A stretch of DNA of 64,000 nt, taken from Eledone cirrhosa (lineage: Eukaryota). Numbering within the stretch: position 1 is the first letter of the stretch; the number at the start of each line of letters is the position of its first letter. Shown here one piece after another: positions 12,902-25,232 of this stretch. The notes under the pieces are model-generated. The model ran no database searches and was not told the origin of the DNA. It saw nothing but the letters and a program-made list of their open reading frames with translations. The stretch spans positions 132,742,001 to 132,806,000 of the forward strand of contig OZ024742.1 of NCBI GenBank assembly GCA_964016885.1, given 5' to 3'. The position numbers and the translations under genes were made by a program.

Positions 12902-14160
12902 AATATATAAACAACCATCTGTTTGTGGAACCAACCAACCAACCGGAAATTTATAAATTCCTAAATTTATAAATTTATTATAATAAATTGAAATGAAAGC
13001 AACTGGTGTGTGTGTTTCTTCTTGGCAACATGACCCTCCCAATGTATAACAATATATATATATATAAATATATATATATTGATAATCAAATATTTCGAAA
13101 AAAGAAATTAACGCAGGCAATTAAAATTATATTTATTCATTTTTTTATTTTCGACATTTACAGATGTTTTATCTTTTATTCATTAGAAAGAGACTTCTAA
13201 GAATATATTGATAGAATATCTTTACTGTCAGAAACTAAATCGCACATCTGCTAAAGGCGTGACGACACAGATAATTCATAAGATTTCCTTTCGCTCTTTG
13301 CCTTTGTTTAAAGAAGCAGTGCATGTGTGGCCTGCCAAGAAAAAATAAAACTTGAGAAGAACAATAAAGAAAATAAAGAAAGGTGAAATGGCAGTTGAGT
13401 AACTTTATAATTCCTTGAAGTTCTGATGTAATTACATTAGAAAAAGAAGAAAGAGAAAACATATATTTCCAACCATTTATGATGTGAGGATATATAATTA
13501 CGATAGATCATATTCTGTATTGATTGGTATTAACTCCACGTACACATACATTACGGGCGTGGATAGTTGCTTCTAAATTAGAATAAGGGTACAGACTACC
13601 AAATACTATTCTTTTTCGTTTATTTTGATAATTTGCTAATATAAGTATTAATTTTAATTCGTAACTATGAATTCTACAGATTATCACATCAAGTTTTCAA
13701 CTAAATAACTACAAAGTGGCGGTTGACTTTAATTATTTGAAATTTTCCAGAATATTTGCAATAAGCCCAGGATCATTTCTAATTTTTCTTTTTTAGGAAA
13801 GTGCTTCTCATTGTTTAAGTAATAAAAAATGACAATACTTCATAAATGAATAAAATGAAGAGTAAGAGTTTAATTTTATCTTTATGTAATTTTAGGTTTA
13901 GAGGGTAGTAAATGCGGCAAATGTTTGGGGTGGTGTTTTCGGGTAGGATTTTGATTAGTGCATATGCATATGTTTGTTTTGAGTGATTCTCATAGGGATT
14001 ATTGTTAGCGGATAATTGTTAAAAACGAGTGTTTAGGGAGAGGACTTACGCCTGCAAATTAGGGTGTCGGGTCATGATTAGGCGCACATTTAGGTATACG
14101 GGTTACGATTAGTCACAAGGATTAAGATCTAGATTTAGAGTTAAGTTTTAGGGTTACAGA

Positions 14161-14346
14161 TAATTGTTTCTACTTTAGGCACAAGGCTAGCAATTACCCA
14201 GTGCATTACTGGTACTTTATTTTATCGATCCTGTAAGGATGAAAGGCAAAGTCAACCTCGGCGGGATTTGAACTCAGATCATAAAGGGACGTAACTATGC
14301 TGGAAAGCATGGCGTCCGACCCTCTACCGATACTGCCAATCCACCA
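14161..14346 (-). mobile_element. tRNA-derived SINE (family S1) with ~17 bp TSD
   Basis: rc has A box TGGCAGTATCGG and B box GAGTTCAAATCC. TTAGGGTTACAGATAAT flanks both sides (14148-14164, 14351-14367). Confidence 0.85.
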
Positions 14347-14806
14347 ATATTTAGGGTTACAGATAATGATTTGAATTAGAAAATAAAGAGCGGTGTTTAC
14401 AGATATGGTTTTAATAAGGTGTATAAGAAATTATTACTTGTAAGATATAAGGTTCATTCTTAGGAATAAGGATCTGGGATAAACGTTAGAGGTTATATGT
14501 TGTTGTTGTGTTTAATCGTGGGATGAATTGAGTCTTTGAATATCTTTAAATGATAGATTTCGAAAAATAATTCGTAAAGCAGAAGCTAATAACATTTTAC
14601 GAAAAAGATAACTAATAAAGAAACGTTACGGAGAGGGATAATAGCATAAAAGTTCATTTACGAAATATTTATTTTAGATTACTTTTTTATTCCCTCATCC
14701 CTAACTTGAAATTGTTTGTATCTTTAGGAAATTATTCTGGAAAACCGAAGCTTTCGAAACACCTTTTCTCATATACACACACACACGCACACTCGCACAC
14801 ACACAC

Positions 14807-14923
<117 letters not shown>

Positions 14924-15030
14924 TATATACATAGATATACATATATATACATAGATATACATATATATACATATTTATAGTTGGTGAGTGTCATGTTGTT
15001 ATAATATTGCCGGAAATGACAATAAAACAC

Positions 15031-15212
15031 GGCAGTGTCGGTAGAGGGTCGGACGCCATGCTTTGACGCATAGAGTTACGGCCCTTGCCATTCTGAGTTC
15101 AAATCCCGCCGAGGTTAACTTTGCCTTTCATCCTTACGGGGTCGATAAAATAAAGTACCAGTAATACACTGGGTATTTGCTGGCCTTGTGCCAAAAGTAG
15201 AAACAATTATTT
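15031..15212 (+). mobile_element. SINE S1 inserted in PLE pLTR
   Basis: GGCAGTGTCGGTAGAGGGTCGGACGCC..GAGTTCAAATCCCGCCGAGG..GTCGATAAAATAAAGTACCAGT..GTAGAAACAATTAT. Confidence 0.85.
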
Positions 15213-15902
15213 CGTTAGGATCGGTTTTCGCTTTTGTATATTTTATATCCCTATAGGTAATTTAGCTGGCAATTAATGTTTATCATTGATGAACCAACAG
15301 TTACAAATATAGATATGAATATATATATATAGCTAAGTTCTTTCATCACACACCTATGACATCATCAGTGGTACTATTATGTTTCCTCCCGTTGTATTGT
15401 AATGTTTATTTCATTTTTATTTATTTATTCATTCTTGTCTGTTTGCGCATGGATTTGTGTGTGCGTTTACTATTTGGTGTGTGTTCGTGTCTGAGTCTGT
15501 GTGTGTTGTACTGCATCTTTGCACACTAGTGTGTGTTTATGTGAGGTTGTTGTTATTGTACCTGCGTATATTTATTTATATCTATCTTAGGTCACTATTA
15601 TATATCTGTGTATTGTTGTTATTGTTATTCCATTAATTTTTTCTGTTCAATTTTGGTTTTCTTGCTTCTATTTCAGTTGGTTCTCTGATGTGTCAACCTG
15701 TTGAGTCATTTCTATGATTAGATATTATTTTAATGTCTATGTTGTCTGTATTACCATCTTTGTCTGGCATGTTTTGTCCTTTTTGTCCTTTTAGTTCACC
15801 ACAATGTTGGTCTATCCCCTCCCTTATACTGCGAGCTGCCTCAACTATGTATGTCAATGTCATGTTTCTGCATGTACTCTCTGAACATCTTATGATATAG
15901 AC

Positions 15903-16259
15903 CAGTGCTTCTCAATTTATCTGTTGTGGCGGACCGGCATTTTCTTTGTCAATGTGCCACGTAACGCTAATATTTCGTAGTAATATTAATTTATACTGGA
16001 AACCCGTAAGGATGAAAGGCCGGGGTTAATTTTGCCTTTCATCCCTACGGGGTCGATAAAATAAAGTACCAGTAATGCATTGGGTATTTTCAGGCCTTGT
16101 GCCAAAAGTAGAAACAATTCATTTATACTGGAAACGATATATATAATGAATATAATAAAAAAATGATTCCTTAGCATGGCCTGGGCACTGGCCGCGTACC
16201 GGTAGCTGATGGCTCGCGTACCGGCACCGGTCCGTGGACCGTCACATTGAGTAGCACTG
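15903..16259. mobile_element. hAT-type MITE
   Basis: 13 bp TIRs CAGTGCTTCTCAA / TTGAGTAGCACTG (1 mismatch) and exact 8 bp TSD ATATAGAC (15895-15902, 16260-16267). Confidence 0.88.
16004..16120 (+). mobile_element. 5'-truncated SINE S1 with short 5' inversion, inside the MITE
   Basis: 15 bp TSD ATTTATACTGGAAAC (15989-16003, 16121-16135). The first 17 nt CCGTAAGGATGAAAGGC are the rc of SINE-internal sequence. Confidence 0.85.
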
Positions 16260-16565
16260 ATATAGACTACATTTCTAGTTTTACAGTTATCTGGGGGTTT
16301 ACATCCCATATAACACATTTCTTTTTAGTACAGTGGGTTTTATTAAACGGGTAGGTCTTGCTGATAAAGGATTTTATGGTAATTCCTGGCTTTGTTACCA
16401 CTTAATCTTTAAATGAGTCTTTCTTAGGGCCTTTCTAAATTGGTTAGCTAATCCACCTAGAGGGGTAGCATCCACGAACATGTCACTGTGGTATCTCTGG
16501 TTGTCGTACCATGAACTGGCTTTACCTATCTCATGTTAAGTCCTATCTATGTTATTCCATGATAA

Positions 16566-16638
<73 letters not shown>

Positions 16639-16676
16639 AAGTGTGTGTGTGGGGGTGTATGTGTGTGTATGTATGT

Positions 16677-16733
<57 letters not shown>

Positions 16734-16762
16734 CGCGTGTGTGTGTATATACATGTATATAT

Positions 16763-16807
<45 letters not shown>

Positions 16808-16944
16808 TATGTGTGTGCGTGTGTATGTGTCTGTGTGTGTGTATGTATGTATATATACATGTGTATATATATATGTATATATATACATGTATATATACAT
16901 AAATACACACAGACAGAGACACGCATATATATATATATGTATAT

Positions 16945-17322
16945 GTAGGAGGTGAGTTTTATTGTAGTACAATAAAGCAATGCAGATATCGGATAAGTAG
17001 CACTCTACAGTTTGTAGGACTGGAGTATAAATAATAATATATAAGATCAAAAGATAGTTAAAAGAGTTCCATGTATTTTATTATGCGCATTTCAAAAACA
17101 AATATCATCATGCAATAACATTTGCGTTTTCGGCAGATAAAATAGGGAGACATGATATGAAGGTTAAAAAATACTTGTGAATAGTGCAGTTTTAAATCAA
17201 CATATGTCTCCCTATTTATCTGACGAAAACGCAAATGTAATCGCATGATGATATTTGTTTTTGAAATGCGCATAATAAAATACAGGGAACTCTATTAACC
17301 ATCTTTTGATCTTATATATTAT
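16945..17322 (-). mobile_element. HHR-bearing fold-back mini-element
   Basis: Inverted arms ~17033-17157 and ~17200-17322 with unique tail 16945-17032, flanked by TA-rich tracts. Confidence 0.8.
17215..17279 (+). ncRNA. Minimal type-I hammerhead ribozyme (mirror 17077-17141 has CTGCCGA mutation)
   Basis: TTTAT-CTGACGA-AAACGCAAAT..ATTTGTTTTT-GAAA-T GCGC A-TA/ATAAA: stem I UUUAU/AUAAA, palindromic loop GCGC, AUA triplet. Confidence 0.8.
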
Positions 17323-17418
17323 ATATATATATGTATATATATAAAGATAGATAGATAGATAGAGAGATAGGGAGAGGGAGAGATAGAGAGAGAGAGAGGT
17401 AGAAAGAGAGAGGGAGAG

Positions 17419-17474
<56 letters not shown>

Positions 17475-17910
17475 ATAGATAGATAGAACAATATATAGTC
17501 AGAGAAAGAAATGAAAAAAAAAAAACCCAGAAATGTTTGGGAGGAGTGTTTGATAAATTGTAGTGGTGAAAGTAAGTGTCAAACAAGTGAGCAATAAAGG
17601 AAGAAATAGAGAACAGTATAAATTAGATGAATCAGATGACACATATCAACTCTATCAACCAATTTCTGATCCTTGATGAAAGTGACCCGCTACACATCAG
17701 AGAAAATGTAATGTCAGTGTGAATTTCCGTCAGGCCTTTAATCTATTATTAAATAAATATAAACCCTTTATCAATAATATCGATCACTGTATACCTATCT
17801 CTACAGTCTACTTTCTGTCCATGTCTTTTATGTATCTCTGTTTCCCTGTATAAATAAGTAAATAGCTATACACACACACACATATACACACACACAGACA
17901 CACACACACA

Positions 17911-17982
<72 letters not shown>

Positions 17983-18246
17983 CACTCACACAGATACATA
18001 TATATATAAATCAGAATGGGTGCAGTAAAAACCAGTTAGACCATGACTCACCAGAGTAGTCGAGACTTGGGTTAGTAGAGTGGGAAATATGAAGGAATCG
18101 GGACCCTGACGGCTGAGCTCCTGCCGTTTGAAATCCGGATTTGGAGCTGTGGCGGCAAAACAATCGAATATTATTATTAATGTTTGATATAACACATATG
18201 TACATATGTATGTATATGTGTGTGTGGGTGTGTGTGTATGTATATA

Positions 18247-18862
<616 letters not shown>

Positions 18863-18865
<3 letters not shown>

Positions 18866-18919
18866 AAGTATGTATGTATACGTACATACATATATGTATA
18901 CAGACGTACAGTAGCAAGC

Positions 18920-18988
<69 letters not shown>

Positions 18989-19437
18989 TATACACATATG
19001 CATACAGGTACACATACATATATGCACGCATCAGTTTAGCCGACGTTTATTATAACGCCTGCATTGTTCGTTTGTTTGTCAACAAATCGAACAGCCTGAA
19101 TTTATGCCATACGGTGTTAAGGCAACCACGTCACCTTTTTGTTCAACACTGACACAGGAACGATATACTAGTTTCAAGCTTGTTAGCTATCATCAGCACT
19201 GTTTACCCATCTGCCAGATAGTTGAACGTTCGAAAGTATATACTTTCCTGATGAAAATTAACGGCTGAGCAGCCTAATTTGCATATTGAGTGAGTTAAAT
19301 CGGTCTGGCATACCGAAAACGATAAGTTGAAAAAAATGAAAACGAAATTTCATTTCTCACTCTTAGTATGGCACTTACTTAAATGTAAGTATGTATGTAT
19401 ACGTACATACATATATGTATACAGACGTACAGTAGCA

Positions 19438-19484
<47 letters not shown>

Positions 19485-19925
19485 GCATACAGGTACACAT
19501 ACATATATGCACGCATCAGTTTAGCCGACGTTTATCATAACGCCTGCTTTGTTCGTTTGTTTGTCAACAAATCGAACAGCCTGAATTTATGCCATACGGT
19601 GTTAAGGCAACCACGTCACCTTTTTGTTCAACACTGACACAGGAACGATGTACTAGTTTCAAGCTTGTTAGCTATCATCAGCACCGTTTACCCATCTGCC
19701 AGATAGTTGAACGTTCGAAAGTATATACTTTCCTTATGAAAATTAACGGCTGAGCAGCCAAATTTGCATATTGAGTGAGTTAAATCGGTCAGGCATACCG
19801 AAAACGATAAGTTGAAAAAAATGAAAACGAAATTTCATTTCTCACTCTTAGTATGGCACTTACTTAAATGTAAGTATGTATGTATACGTACATACATATA
19901 TGTATACATATGTATATATATATAC

Positions 19926-20003
<78 letters not shown>

Positions 20004-20103
20004 GTCTGTATACATATATGTATGTACGTATACATACATACTTACATCTAAGTAAGTGCCATACTAAGAGTGAGAAATGAAATTTCGTTTTCATTTCTTT
20101 CAA

Positions 20104-20107
<4 letters not shown>
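18863..20107 (-). repeat. ~485 bp tandem repeat (2 full units + partial + inverted end) with one HHR per unit; retrozyme-like
   Basis: Unit starts TGTAAGTATGTATGTATACG at 18863, 19384 and 19869. 20002-20107 is an inverted copy of ~19806-19910. Confidence 0.85.
19646..19686 (-). ncRNA. Minimal type-I hammerhead ribozyme (second copy 19161-19201)
   Basis: rc: CGGTG-CTGATGA-TAGCT aaca AGCTT-GAAA-CTAG-TA/CATCG. Stem I CGGUG/CAUCG, palindromic ACUAGU, GUA triplet. Confidence 0.78.
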
Positions 20108-20182
<75 letters not shown>

Positions 20183-20187
<5 letters not shown>

Positions 20188-20657
20188 TAAAAGGAAAATA
20201 AAATGCTGACAAATTGTTCCCAGTGAAAAATAGTTTAATTAGGAATAAGTAAAAATTAGTAATAAGTATTGGTTAGTATTCAGTTTTGGTTTTAAGTTTG
20301 TACCGGTTGCGCATTTCTAATGCTTTTCAAAAATAATTTTGAGAGAGCGCCGTGATGTTTGCTCTAATCAGCTGTGACCATGACTTGATATATATATATA
20401 TATATAAATGGCTAACTGAATACACACATGCTTTCTCTCCAAATATCACGGGTGCTCTGTCTCAAAATTATTTTTGAAAAGCATTAGAAATGCGCAGCCG
20501 GTAAAAACTTAAAACCAAAACTGAATACTAACCAATACTTATTACTAATTTTTATTTATTCCTAATTAAACTATTTTTCACTGGGAACAATTTGTCAGCA
20601 TTTTCTTTTCCTTTTACCAATATATCACAACTCGTGTGTTATACCTCCATTCTTTTA
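20183..20657 (+). mobile_element. Fold-back mini-element with decayed U3-A8 HHR
   Basis: Arms ~20183-20360 and ~20443-20622, tail 20623-20657. TTGAAAA-GCAT tagaa ATGC-GCAG-CCGGTA at 20474-20503 (GAAA mutated). Confidence 0.85.
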
Positions 20658-20658
20658 A

Positions 20659-20727
<69 letters not shown>

Positions 20728-20974
20728 TATATATATATATGTTTATATATATATATATATGTGGTAGAGAGAGAAATAAAATTATAATTATACATATATA
20801 TATATACACCTGTATACTTATGTGTGTTGCTTTCTAGTTTGTGTGTGTGGGGGTATGTTCGCAAGCCTGTGCATGTATGTATGTTTCTACGCAATCTAAT
20901 GTGTATGGGCTAATTAAGTGGATAAGCTTTTTACGACATGGTTGTACTAAAGGTATATGCTCATATATATATAT

Positions 20975-21005
<31 letters not shown>

Positions 21006-21739
21006 CATTACAACAATGAAATTAAACACAAAACTGTTAATTCATAGTAAAACACATTACTTTACGATCGTTTCTGAGGTATAGTTCTCTGTATGTTATT
21101 ACAAAATATCATACTGAGTAAAAAAAATTACATACGTCTTCACTACCCGCCGTCTTCAGAAATTATGAGTTTTGTTTATTGAAGAATACATAAAAAAACA
21201 TACATATGAATAAGTAAGGTTTTATAACCAGGTTGAAATTGACCATTTTTAAGAATGGAAAGGGGCTGTATAAATCCTTAAGGTTGGTTGTAGTAGATGA
21301 ATAAATATGCCATCAGTGGATAAGGTATCAAATGTCTTTTAAGAAAAGAAATGAGAGTTGTTAGTGTGAATGAGTTTAGGCATATTGTATATAAAAGTAT
21401 TGATGGTCAAAAAAGATTACGGTTGGAGGAGAAGGGGTACTGAGATTGGTGTGTTATATCAAGTAGAATGGAATAGAACAATCTTAAAAACTTAGCTATT
21501 TCTTTGTTGTGAGGAATAATTTGTTCTAAAAATATATAATATAAACAAAATATATATACACATGTATAGTTACACATGTTTATATATAGGCATACATTTA
21601 TGCATATACATACATACACACACACAGATATACATATTCACACACACACCGATACTCGAACATTTATTCACCTATATCTTTTTCTATATTTGTTTAGTTG
21701 TATTTATAATATTTGAATGTCCTTCTAATTTTATGGTTA

Positions 21740-24660
21740 CTTACTAAAATTAATTGTCTTTTATTTAATAGAGTGTCCTTCGATATAGTAATTTCAAACA
21801 TTTCTTGGGAACATAGTCCGCACTCCCTTTTATTGCCCTGATAACAAATAGTTCCCTTAAAAATCTTCCAAGTTAGGTTATATTTAATATTCTTCATTTT
21901 ACAATTATTAACTGCTTCTGCTAAAGAAGTGGTATTTGCTAATTTTGTGTTTCGGAAACTGTGGGTGTGTGCATAAAATCTCGATTTAAATAGATTAGAA
22001 GTGGATCCTATATAGGATTGATTAGAGTGGTGATTACACATTTATATACTATATTATTAATTAAGCAATTTCCATTTAAGGGGCAATTTTCTTTTATTCT
22101 ACAATTACAACCCTTTACATATATGCTATCCATATTCTCAATAATAGTGCTAGTATTTGTGTTTACCTTTTTATTTGGGAGAGAAGGGTTTACGGTAGGC
22201 TGGTTATAATCCAAATTGTTGCTAGTAGGTGAAATTATACTTGATATAGCGTTTATGGAGTCATGGTTGTTTTGGGCGCTATTAGTTAGATTGGGTATGT
22301 AAATCTTAGTCCCTATTAAGGATGAGGAAGATGGTAGTTGGTTGTAGTCTACTATATTTTGCTGGTGAGGTGAGTGAGCGGATCTATCAGGTGGGTATGC
22401 AGTAATATTCCGGTTATGCGTTGTAGTATTACCATAGTTATATTGTGTGCGGTGTGCTATTGTGTGTGGTATAGATGGAGCTTTTTTACATTTATAAATG
22501 TTATATGCATTTATTTTTTGTTGTATATTGCTCGATGTGGAGTAAGAAAATGTTACTGTATTTCTGTTTAAGAGTTGATGGTATTTGTGGTTATCGAGAA
22601 TTATAAAAAATCTTTTAGGGATTTTGCCCATAGTTTGCAAGTTGAATGTTACATTTCTTTTATGGTTTCTAAAAGGTTTCCTCTTGTTATATTGGGTATG
22701 TATAGAACTTTGAGGGTAGATATTGTTATCAGATGAAATTATAACATTGTGGTTTTTATTATGGGTGTGAACTAATTGTTTAGTAGATTTTTGAATTGTA
22801 TTAGTTTTTGATGTATTGCTTTTTGTTTGATTTGTAGAGGATATTGTGAGTGTTTTTAATGGAGCATTATTGATAGGACCTGCAATTTCGGTATCATTCT
22901 TGTTATATACGGTAGTTCGGATATGTTTCTCTAGTTTTTTGGATTGCAAGGGTGTAGTTTGGTTATGTTGAAAGTTCGATGAGATAGGTGATACATCATT
23001 AGGTTTATTGTGAGAATTAAGATATAAGGTGTTATTATTAACTGCTTTTCTAAGAGTAGTGGTGTTAGGTGTTTTCGCACGGCTTGTAGTCATAATATTA
23101 GGTAAGTTATAGAAATATTCGGAATCGTTAGAATTGACGATCTTTAGAGAATTTGTGTCATTCGTGTTAATGTGGATATTGGGAGGAATGGTAGGATCTA
23201 GGTTTGTCGGTGTTTCATTGCTGGCACTAACTTTTTGGTATTTTCCACGGTGTCTGTTGCTTATTGTTGGCTGTATGCTAGGGATATTCATGGTGTTAGG
23301 TATGTAAAATATTTTATCTTTATAGCCACTTCTAATTAAAGCCTCATTATAATAAGGTTCATTTGTATAGAATATTTCTTCACTAGATGATAATTTAGAT
23401 AGCCTGAGTGAGATATTGTAGACTAGATTTTTTAGTATGGAACTAGAGTGGTAAGATAGTGAATGTATATAATGAAGGTTTTGGTTTGGTTTGTGGTAGG
23501 GTTGGTAAGTGCCTGTTGATAGGTCTAAAGAGATGTCGAGGAAATTGACCATTTGAGTGCTATTTTCAAAAGTAACCGTAAGATTATAGTAATTTTTTAG
23601 GAATTTCCTAATATGCTTTTTATTTCTCTCAATTGCTGAGAGACTAATATTATTAGCTAGAAGAAGACAGTCATCTTGATATAGACCACCATTGAGGTGG
23701 GGAAAAGAGGAATTCAAATTATGTAAGAGGAAGAGGCCCACAAGTCCGTAACCTGCGTAGAATCCATTGAACCCATAGTAATATCATATAAAGCACTATA
23801 AGTATTCCTAGTCCAATACTCGTCCAATAGAGTTTGTCTGGCATGTGTGATGATCTTAATTTCATCCATAGTTAAGTCCGATCTATTTTTGGCGAAAATT
23901 AGTGCTTTGTTTAGTAGTATGGGGATGTTGATGAATAGTATGCATCGATGTCGAATTAGAGAAATGAAGCTGAGGGCTTATTGTTGATGTTGGTGAACCA
24001 ATTGATAACTTGGGAAGTTTTTTCCCATAGCGGTAGTTTTACATGCTTCCTTATTTGTGGGATAATTTTATCAAGAATCTTCTTGCTTATTACTCCGATG
24101 TCTGACTTAGATGGGCATATGAGTCTAATCGAAGTCAGATTTATGATCTTTCAGATTAAAGTGTGGATTGTTTGGCGTGAAAGGTTCGGTTCTATCTTCG
24201 ATGTTGAGTTCCTTTACTATGGTTTATGATTTATTGTTTATCGAGGTGAGTGCTGTACTACTGATTTTCTTATAGTTCTTCCTTAGTTCTTTACAAATTA
24301 ATTGGTTATATTCATCAATGGTCATATGGTATAATTTACCAGTTTTGTCAGAGTGGACATGACTTTTACTAGAGTTTTTTAGTTTAAATAGAGTAGAGTC
24401 CAATTCTTTTTGAAAGTTTGATTTGTGTTTCTTAAATTTGATGTGTTTATTCATATTTAGTAAATCTTTTTCAAACTTTTCAAGCATAGAATTGTGAGGA
24501 GGGTTTTTATATGTGCGAAAGTCATAAAAGTTTTTCTTCTCATCTCTTTTCGTTTTGTTATCGAAGTGGTATGCCCGCCAACGAACTCTTCTAATAAATT
24601 GGTTAGTTTTTTGTATAAGAAGAAGGAATTCATCTTTAGAGGGAATTGGTACATTTTTCA
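21740..24660 (-). pseudogene. Frameshifted PLE RT-EN ORF with two long Ser/Thr/Asn-rich inserts
   Basis: ORFs 24224-24700, 22008-23741 (577 aa) and 21694-22041 are collinear with frameshifts. Confidence 0.88.
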
Positions 24661-25094
24661 ATAAATGTATGCCCATATATAAACATGTGTAACTATACAT
24701 GTGTATATATATATATATTATATTATATATTTTTAGAACAAATTATTCCTCACAACAAAGAAATAGCTAAGTTTTTAAGATTGTTCTATTCCATTCTACT
24801 TGATGTAAAGCACTGATCTCAGTACCCATTCTCCTCCAACCGTAATCTTCTTTGACCATCAATACTTTTATATACAATATGCCTAAACTCATTTACACTA
24901 ACAACTCTCATTTCTTTTCTTAAAAGACATTTGATACCTTATCCACTGATGGCCTATTTATTCATCTACTACCACCAACCTTAAGGATTTATACAGCCAC
25001 TTTCCTTTCTTAACAATGGCCAATTTCAACCTGGTTATAAAACCTTACTTATTCATATGTATGTTTTTTTATGTATTCTTCAATAAACAAAACT

Positions 25095-25232
25095 CATAAT
25101 TTCTGAAGACGGCGGGTAGTGAAGACGTATGTAATTTTTTCTCACTATGATATTTTGTAATATGTTTTACATAGATCAATAATTGAATGAACATACAGAG
25201 AACTACCAATCAGAAACGATCGTAAAATAATG
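25095..25232 (+). ncRNA. Hammerhead motif with greatly extended stem II (mirror 21055-21167, -)
   Basis: CATAATTT-CTGAAGA-[~103 nt incl. GGTAGT/ACTACC and GTATGT/ACATAC pairs]-GAAA-C GATC G-TA/AAATAATG. Confidence 0.6.

Larger units (their letters stand above)
8656..13052 (+). mobile_element. Penelope-like retroelement (Neptune-like), near full length, direct pseudo-LTRs
   Basis: Direct repeats 8656-9008 and 12709-13052. RT motifs SMDVVSLYPSID, EEGAAIGVSITG, YSRYVDD. C-terminal GIY-YIG VVYSIRC..YIGETARSIGERINEH..HAKIEH. Cys linker PC..K*CITC..NC. Inserted in (TA)n. Confidence 0.93.
14975..16565 (-). mobile_element. 5'-truncated degenerate PLE related to 8656-13052, carrying nested insertions
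   Basis: rc translates to SWYDNQRYHSDMFVDATPLGGLANQFRKAL, CKPPDNCKTRNVVYI/IRCSESTCRNMTLTYIVEAARSIREGIDQH, homologous to the first PLE. HHR-like motif at 15332-15374. pLTR terminus at ~14975. Confidence 0.85.

Noticed and set aside
19248-19290. Plus-strand CTGATGA-AAATTA..TAATTT motif in the 485 bp repeat as a second HHR
   Set aside because: Followed by GCAT rather than GAAA, and the core is mutated (CTTATGA) in the second unit.
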